The notes below the pieces were generated by a model that was not told where the DNA came from, searched no databases, and saw nothing but the letters and a program-made list of their open reading frames with translations. A program made the position numbers and the translations under genes. 64,000 bases of DNA, taken from NCBI GenBank assembly GCA_030141605.1, contig JAQGDQ010000095.1:248001-312000 (forward strand), given 5' to 3'. This document shows, piece after piece, positions 55,777 to 64,000 of this stretch. The stretch's first letter is position 1; each line of letters opens with the position of its first letter. This DNA is from Tubiluchus corallicola (Eukaryota > Animalia > Priapulida).

Positions 55777-55905
55777 GGAGGGGAATATAACTCAATGATA
55801 GCGTGTTAACACTAGTATTTTGAGGCCGCGGGTTCAACTCCCGACCGAGTCATACCAAAGACATAAAAGTGGTATCACTTCTTCTTTGATATAAGCACGC
55901 GGGCT
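55777..55905 (+). repeat. tRNA-derived SINE head
   Basis: A-box-like TAACTCAATGATAGCG and B-box GGGTTCAACTCCC, followed by GAGTCATACCAAAGAC...AAAAGTGGTA, a body motif resembling widespread invertebrate SINEs. Confidence 0.6.
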
Positions 55906-56267
55906 TATCGAAGTTACTAGAATGTTCAAGTAAATGTAAAAGCCTACGTTCAGATGCTAGATTCCGTGATGTATATATTCTAGATTTAGCACTCATTATT
56001 TCATAGTTAACTGGCAATTTTTAGACCGTTGTGTTGTAGTCCTGAAACAAAGGTTGTTTGGAACCACTGGGAGTTGCTCGACGGCATTATTCAACGCCTT
56101 TGGGACTTATATGATGGTCGATCGTCGACTTGGCAATGGGAAGTATACAACGAAATAATCGTTGCAGTTCAACTGGAAACTTACACAATGTACCTAGTTC
56201 TGGTGGCAATGGTGTCAATGAAACTTTATCAAGATTACGTTTACACCATTACAAGTGCCTAGACAAG

Positions 56268-56698
56268 TGCAGTTATGAACGCTTGCACCGTTACAAATAC
56301 CTGGACAAAAACTTGTGTTTTTTGGACAGCTCTGACCTTGCGTACAATTTGTTGAGCAGAAACAACCTCTATTTTTCTCACAAAGTGCAACAAACAATTA
56401 CATACATTGCACCCCCGTGCATGTATTGTGTTAATGTTGGTTAATAAAGATTTTATTAATCTGTCTGTCAATCTGTCTATTTATCTGACCAAGCACTAGG
56501 TATCCCCTAAAAAGTAGTCGAGACGAGAGGACAACCTAGATGGTATGGTTTCGGAGAAGATTTTTGAGGAAAATCAACTACGAAAGATAAAGATGCAGTT
56601 ATGAACTTTGTTCATTCATCCTGAACTTATGTTTTTGGATAGCTTAGATCTTGTGTATAATTTGTAGAGCAGAAACTAGCACTATTTTTGTCACAAGT
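56268..56698. repeat. Imperfect direct repeat pair (~70-bp core)
   Basis: tgtttttggacagctctgaccttgcgtacaatttgttgagcagaaac...tcacaaag (about 56316-56385) recurs at about 56630-56697. Both copies are preceded by gcagttatgaac. Confidence 0.6.
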
Positions 56699-59600
56699 TT
56701 TTGTACTGAAATAGACTAGTTGCTATTGTTCGTTTCCTTTATTGATGTTGCCATTGTGTTGTGTTGCTATTGATTTCTCTTCTAAGCAGGGGCTGAGAAA
56801 ATGTTTAATTTTTGTAATTCAAGCACTGATAGTCAGTAGTGATTAAATTGTGTGTTTGATGTTTACAACGATTGATAGGTAACAAGAAATTCCACAGAAA
56901 TTGTGCTTTCAGTTGACAAATAGTGCAATATTGTGCCGTATTTTTTGCAGCACGCTGGAAAATAGTAGGAAAATGTTAATTTCATTTACAAGTAATTATT
57001 GTTCAGTTTAACTCTAGATATTAACTCATTGCCCTTTACACAGTAGTTTGATTACATCAACGTAGCATTTCGTTGAAGCCTTCCTAACAATTTTGAAGTA
57101 TTTCAGGTTTAATGAACTTGATTCTTGCTATATGTCATCATGCGTTTATTTTATAGCACTTAATATTCGATAATATTTGAGTACAGTAGTGCTGAATTAA
57201 GCGTTGGATGATTTCTTAAAATTGTTTCTAAACATTTCTTTAATTGCATAGTTAATTGCGCAATTTATAATTAGACTGATTTATAATCAGTAACCTATGT
57301 TGGGATTTGATTTTTAACATCTTCTAAGAAGATGACCCCTGTAAATGTCGGGACGCCATTTAATGTAGAAGGGGGATGTTATAACCGTTACAGCAAAGTT
57401 ATGAGTGAAAAAGATTAGTTGCCGAGCAATGTAGAGATATGGTCGCGTCTGTCTTTTCTTGGTGAAAAGTCTATTATTTGAATAATGTGCCATATTTTAA
57501 GTTATATAACTTTTGGGTTGATGATCTGTGTTTAACCTAAGCGATTCTTGTCTTGAGAACACAGTCGGATCAGAACAAAAGTTGTCGTAACAACATAAAT
57601 ATATATGTATAGGTATATATGTATAGCAAACAATCTATATATTAGCTGTATAGTATATAATATATATAATATAATACATTAGTTTTATTTATTTATTTCC
57701 ATCTTCTAAATTATTTGCCTATCTATGATATAATATATATATATAATTTCGAAGATGGAAACAAACATACATGAATCCTGTAAGATGTAAATATTATACT
57801 AATATGTCAGTTAATCAGTTAATCAAAAGAGTAATGAAAAGAACAATCACAACAACAGTGCCCCAAATTAAATTAATCTTCATCAGAGCTATCATGATTT
57901 ATTTAGAATGGATTCAAAAATCTGTTCTGTGCGTAACGACGTCAGTGTTGAAATTTGGATGTTACTAAAACACATCAGCAAAGACCTGAGGGTGAAAGTA
58001 CATTGACTAACTAAGTTACAGAAGCTAATCACATTTTCGACATTGAAAGAACAGTGTAACTTGTATCGTACTTCTTATTAAGTTATGTATAACATACAAA
58101 CAGGCACATTGTTGAGCCTGCAGGCTTTGGTCAGAAGTTGTCATCGCAATACATTACCCAGTTACTATTTTGACTTTCATAGTGTGACTGTTTCTATACC
58201 TGTTGTTGATTTTGTTTTTAAATATTTGTTTTACTTATTTGTAAAATTGTTTTAAAAGTTGATTATTTTTTTCACTGCCTGATTATAACATAAGTCATGT
58301 TACGTCATTAAGCAGACTACGTCGTGTTTTAAATATAATGCGAGTTCAAAAATAGAAGAAAAGAGTTACGCGAAATATTTTCTCATGTCTAAGTTTAAGT
58401 TTAAGTTTATGTCAGTCACAACATTAGAATTAAAATTCCAAAATGCGTTCCAAAATTCGCTTATGTCCAAACGGTTTATCCGTTCTCTGAGTACTAGTCG
58501 GAAACACTTTTTTGTTTCGCTTTTGTTCCGTTAATTTTGTTTTAAATGAAGCGATTTATAACTCCAGCAAAACTATTACCCCTCAGTCTTGTATAGTATA
58601 CATCTGTGCATACACCCACAACGCATACGCACGTGCGCACACACGCCTAATATTTTTATATAATTTCTTGGCATTTTATGCGACGTTACACAAAGTGTAA
58701 TTCTCGTGCTTCATAATGCGTTTTATTGAACCTATTAAGTGTTGAAAGGATGGGATGATTTTATTATGAATCACTAAAAGGCCAGTACATTATCACTGCA
58801 AGCTGGTATAATTTATCCCATAGACGTGTATCGCGTGCTCGCTATGCCTGTGTTGGATTCATACTAATTATGATAATGTTTTTCTCCTAATTATTGTATG
58901 CACACCTGTGCAGGCACAAAGTATTTTCGTTGCGCCTCACAACTCCTCTAGCCCTCCTCGCAGTAATGAAGTGAATCAATTCACGGTCATTATACATACC
59001 ATCAACATGCAACCTGTGCACACTTAGATAATTGTAATAAATTGTGTATATAGACTACATTAAAAACTTGTAAGAGCGTTACGTGTATTGTCGTAATTTA
59101 TAACTGTATAAATAATTAACGCACGAGGCTTTTCGGCACAACATTTGCGAAAAGTAAATTTCGCATGTAATTTATGTGTGAAATGCGTTAAGCATGATTT
59201 GTGAAACATGGGTCATGTAGAAGGTACAACAAGAGCTGAATATTAATTGCATACTCAAATGACATCGTTTGCGACTTATTATTATAACAAAAGAAAAGCT
59301 GGTTTTTCGAGAAAGTGCGTCATCTTAATAAGAAAAGCTATAATCGTTTTGCATTTAACTGTCATGCAATTGTAGAATCTACAAATAAAATGCACAATAA
59401 TTTTAAATATTCTAACAAATGTAAACAGCTTTGAAATTAATTATTATTGATTTAATAAACTCTCCTTTTTAAGTATAGAACAACTGCAAGAATCAAAACA
59501 TGGCCTGAATGTTTAAGAACCCATGCAGCTCTAGAGAAAGTGTGTTTCATCAGAAAAGCTATAGTTATTTACGTTTTTAAGCAAATGGGACTCAAGCTAT

Positions 59601-61060
59601 AGTGTTAGGTTGATTCGAAGAAAGATGATTACTTTTTTATAACAGCTCTAATAACACTAGGTAGCAAATATAGATAAACTGTACAGTTTCGTGGTAAAAT
59701 GTTAGTTGAAATCCCCAAAGCAGATTAAAATACGTGTACGAAAAATTTTGATTGCCATTTTCGTAAGAGAAAAAACGTTTTTAAGTTTAATTTTTCAAAA
59801 ATTCAAAATTCCTAAGGTTGAGAAAGTGTGTTTCCAAACAGACTCCACTGAGGCAGAGTAAGTTTTGCGCAATTAAATTTTGTATGGGTGAACTTTGGAT
59901 CTAGAAAAGTTTTGTATCGGAAATTTTGTATTCGAAGGAGTCGGTAAATTTGTACTAAAAACTTTGGTACGGGGAATAATTGTTAGCAAGAAAACATGAT
60001 ACCAGTAAATATAATATTAACCATTTTTGTCAAATAATGTGTTCGAATGTTCGAACTGGAAAAGTTTGGCTAGTACTAGGAAAACTTTTTTATTATACGT
60101 AACGGCGTTTCCCGCACAAATTGTCGTCCTAGTATTAGAGAAATCGTAATTTAACGTATCAGACGTACATGTAGGAAAATTTCCGTTTTCCTGAAAAATC
60201 TCTGGTAGCAAGTTTTCCAGTACCAACTTTAATTTAATCGTAAAAATTTCCTGTCCTATACCAAAATTCTTTGTACGAAGTTCTTTTAACAAACAATGCT
60301 CAGACAGTCCAAATGAAATTTGAACCTAAATCACCAAAAATCATTACTTTCTTGTATGTTAACAAAAGCAAAATAACAAGTAGGAAAATGCGTTTTTGCA
60401 CAAAATAACCAAATCGGTAAATAACCAAATCTCAAATATACGAAGTCGGCAAAATTGTAGATCAACACAGAAAGATAATCGGTTTGCAGTAGACAATAAA
60501 AAGACTCAATTAAAGTCAAGTTAAGAAAAATGAAGCAAAATTGAACATTATGGTTGCAACACTACTCTGAAAGCGCTGAAGAAATAAAGAACGACTGGAA
60601 AAAACATGAAAATTTTTTTCAGTATCTAGTGTTCTTTTTCCACACAACCTGTCCTACCAAATATAGTATAGCTTCCCACAGGATTCTGATGGCCATCGAT
60701 GCCAATGGTAGGCGCTATAAAAATCGGGCACAGTAACTTTATAACTAATACTTGCTAAAGCTCAGACAACAAGCCGGATGTAAAATTGAACTTTTGCTTT
60801 TAATTTTAAGGTTGTTTAAAGTTAGCCTTAACATCATAAAGAATGTTTAATTCTTTTGTTGTTTTAAATTTAGTAGAGGTAATGCCCCAAGTTTGCTTAG
60901 GGAATTTCCGTTATATTTGTTCGTCGTTTCCCATCCAATCAAAGTCCCGCATATTTTTAGCAAAATAATGTTGTCATTCCCACTGCTTATCCTTCGGACA
61001 GCCATAAATTTTTAAAGCCTCTTTAAACAAACAGCAATCATTTCCCTGATTAGACATAAA

Positions 61061-61504
61061 TCACCACCCCTGCGTAGCAAAGTTGCGATTACCACCCCGT
61101 TTAGCATTTGCTGCTGCCCTTTGCCTCAAAAGATATTCTTGCTTTAGATCCTCCAACAACCGCCTGACACCAGGGCTTATCAAATTAGTTGACCTTTTCT
61201 TGCGCCTCCAACCTTGCGTTGTGAACTGACTGGTGTCGCCTCGCTTTGGCAATTCCTCTTCACTATTCACATCAATAAGGGCATCGAGCAAATTTTCTGG
61301 TGTTAATTTCACGTCTTCCTCTTCGTTATCATTTGCTATGGAGTTACTAAGGTAAGAGTCCGATTTTGCATCTGACGGCTCTAAGTAATTTTGATCAGCA
61401 TGTTGTGGATCACCAGAAAGTGTTGGTAAACCATTACAAAATTCTACCGTTATGAACAGGACAAGAATTACAGTTGAACCAACAAACCAGCAGGAATTAT
61501 TCAT
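61061..61504 (-). CDS. Putative neuropeptide/peptide-hormone precursor (147 aa) releasing two FxTQGW peptides
   Basis: Hydrophobic signal peptide (aa 1-25, ...EFCNG|LP) and an acidic propeptide, then KR-GDTSQFTTQGW-RRKKR, a spacer, and KR-GGNRNFATQGW-stop. Splice acceptor TTTTAG lies 18 nt upstream of the ATG (61523-24). Confidence 0.85.
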   Translation of the reverse strand: MNNSCWFVGSTVILVLFITVEFCNGLPTLSGDPQHADQNYLEPSDAKSDSYLSNSIANDNEEEDVKLTPENLLDALIDVNSEEELPKRGDTSQFTTQGWRRKKRSTNLISPGVRRLLEDLKQEYLLRQRAAANAKRGGNRNFATQGW

Positions 61505-61568
61505 TGTGTCTGCTAGAAGTACCTAAAAGAAAAAAAATAATGTGGTAACATATCCTTGCATTACTTAC

Positions 61569-61780
61569 GTTTAACATTGTGATAAATTAATATATTACAA
61601 TCATTATACAAGCTTTGATCATTATACATTGTGTAACTGCAAGCATCAGTTCTTCAAATCACCAGATTTCTCGTAGTTTTTCTTCTCCAGGAAATAAAGA
61701 TTCCGATTTTTTCAACCTAGCGCAATTTTATATTAGATACTGGTTAGCAATATAAGCCTTTTTGTGCACATGACATCAAT
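61569..61780 (-). promoter_or_regulatory. Candidate 5' UTR exon and core promoter of the peptide precursor
   Basis: Donor GTAAGT at 61563-68 (would give a very short 46-nt intron), TATAAAA at 61726-32 on the minus strand, and a CRE-like TGACATCA at 61771-78. Confidence 0.35.
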
Positions 61781-62449
61781 ACTACCTGTGGTGTGTTTGG
61801 CCTGCTAACACCTTATTTTACTACTGTTTATGGCGTGTTAATCAAATTTTAGTAATTTTTGTTTTACGGGGTCCTTTTGTCACACTAAAAAGCTGGTAGC
61901 AAGTTGTTACATATTTCGGGGTATGACTGATAAGTTTACGATTATTTCCTAAAAAAAAGATTTTTAAAATGTGCTGCCCGCGAAAACAGCAGAACTAACA
62001 TCACGAAACTTTACCTAAGCTAATGTTGAACTTTATAGGGGACTCCTGTATTCGGAATGACAATCAGTTTCATTCGAAAAATTCACCAGTTTCATCAGAA
62101 ACAACTGCTTGATTGCTGTTGATGTTCAAATTTACTAATCTATAGCTTCTACCAAGAAGAGAAGAGCCCGTCTATCCTTCTAAACTACTAGGGAATAAAA
62201 TTGCTGGACTTTTTCACCTTTCCTGTCTTTCAAGTTTGGTATTAAAATAACCGTGGGTTTCTACCACTACCAATCTTTCATGTTGCACTGACGCTGTTAG
62301 ACTTCAAGGTCTGTGTGCTCGGGTGTAGACGTTTTTCATTTTTATTTAAGAACATTTATAAAAATACATTTTATAAAAGATAATGGCAGCAGGCATGTAG
62401 CACTTATGCTATAAACTGTATTTCATGTATAAAGTCTTTTTCCCTTTTC

Positions 62450-64000
62450 AGGGCTGTGAAGATGACAAAATTGATGATTTGCTTTCTGTGACTTCTCTTT
62501 TAACTAACTCTCTGTCACTGTCTTGTCCGTTTGAGCACTCTTCGCTATCAACTAACAGATGGGATCCAAACGACCCAGATAATTATGGGAACAGCTACGA
62601 TAGTAAATATGTTAATCCAAATACTCTTAAATCAACTTCTAATTATAATGAAAATACTACTGATTTACTCATGTAAGTAGCTTGCAAAAACATTTTGGTA
62701 ACATGACTGACGTCCTCAGCACTTTTCCTCAACCGCCTGAAATCATTGCCGTCTCTGAGACTAGGTTGAAGGATAATTCATCATTTATGTGTAACTTGAA
62801 TAACTACGTTTTTTTAGCATTAACTGTAAATCCAATGCTGGTGGCATCAGTGTCTATATTAGAGATAATTTAAACTACTCTATAAATAATTCATATATAG
62901 TAGTGACTGAAAAAGAAATAACCAAAGTAAACAGGCAGGGCAAAGTATTAACAGAAATCTCAAAAATTAATTTTTGAAGATCTCTGGATCCACGCATCAA
63001 CATTAAACAATTCAAATGGTATATTATTTGGCATTATATATAGACATCCAAATACACCTGTTACGCATTTTATAGGGGAAATGGACCGTGTTTAATTTAA
63101 ATTTATTACAGTTCGAGAGCATACCATATATTTCTAATTACTTAAATGTATTATTTTCTACTCAATTTGTTCCTCTAATTACAAGACCAACAAGAATATC
63201 AGAAAACTCTAGTACCCTAATAGACCATATCTATACTAATGATCTGATTAATCCTATTGTTTCCGCTATAATAACTTACGAAGTGGCTGACCACTTTCCT
63301 ATTTTCGCAATTGTCAAAAATGTTAATTTGACTAAACAGAAAACTAAAATTACAATTAGAGATAAATCTAACTTTAATTCTTCTGCCTTTTTAAATGAAT
63401 TGCACACACAGCTTAATACTATTGATTATTCTTACTTATCTTGCAAAATAGTGAAAATAACACAAAGAAACTTTGGTCGACCATAAATAGTTTAATTAAT
63501 GCTAAATTGCATCAATGCATAACACCACAAAAGGTATACAAAGATGGTATTCACTCAAGTGACATAACTGATATCTGTCAAGTCATGAACACTTTTTTGC
63601 TTCCATTGGTCTTTATACAGCATCTAAAATACAGCCCACACAACTGTCATTTCAGCCTTTTCTAGGATGTCCTTTGCCAAACTCGTTCTCAAACACCCAT
63701 TAATGAAGCTGAAGTAAATACAGCAATAAATAATTTAAATAAGAACAAAGCCTCTGGTCATGAAAATATTCCTATATCATTTTACAAATCAACTGGTCTC
63801 GTTATTTCCCCTGTTCTAACTAAATTGTTTAATAAGGCTATTACTGAAGGTACGCTCCCTAACTGTTTACAGGTAGCTAAAATTATTCCTATTTATAAAG
63901 GTGACTCCTCCGATAACCCCACTAACTATGGGCCCAATATCTTTACTTTCACCTATCTCCAAAATTTTTGAAAAATTGTTTTATGACAGACTAATAAAAT
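62450..64000 (+). mobile_element. Decayed CR1/L2-group LINE ORF2 (endonuclease and start of RT), truncated by the window edge
   Basis: Frameshifted motifs PEIIAVSETRL, GIIYRHPN, ITRPTRIS..SSTLIDHIYTN, ADHFPIF, NKASGHENIP, AKIIPIYKG and ISLLSPISKIFEKL. Confidence 0.92.

Noticed and set aside
55777-55850. tRNA gene
   Set aside because: A and B boxes are present, but there is no pairing acceptor stem or terminator, and the sequence continues into a SINE-like body.
60970-61063. TGA read-through or selenocysteine after the final GW of the peptide precursor
   Set aside because: The downstream frame has no Gly-basic amidation signal or meaningful motif, no SECIS was recognised, and the first peptide copy also ends at W.

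Overview
AT-rich, intron-rich animal genomic DNA. It looks like a marine invertebrate, possibly an ascidian, but the taxon is inferred and cannot be confirmed here. Three conserved spliced genes could be reconstructed exon by exon. COG6 is on the minus strand (first 8 coding exons, running off the left edge). AMBRA1 is on the plus strand (17 coding exons, about 1311 aa, terminal exon with two TQT motifs). TPT1/TCTP is on the minus strand (6 exons, 175 aa). A 147-aa ORF at 61061-61504 (-) has clear prohormone architecture and yields two related 11-mers ending FxTQGW, which I do not recognise as a described family; this is the most interesting element. A possible unannotated or decayed micro-exon peptide gene lies between AMBRA1 and TPT1. 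The rest is transposon debris: a deleted Gypsy element plus a solo LTR of the same family, decayed LINEs, hAT and Tc1/mariner non-autonomous elements, tRNA- and 5S-derived SINE fragments, and microsatellites. There are no CRISPR arrays, intact tRNA/rRNA genes or prokaryotic systems. All homology calls are from recognition of translated motifs, not database searches.
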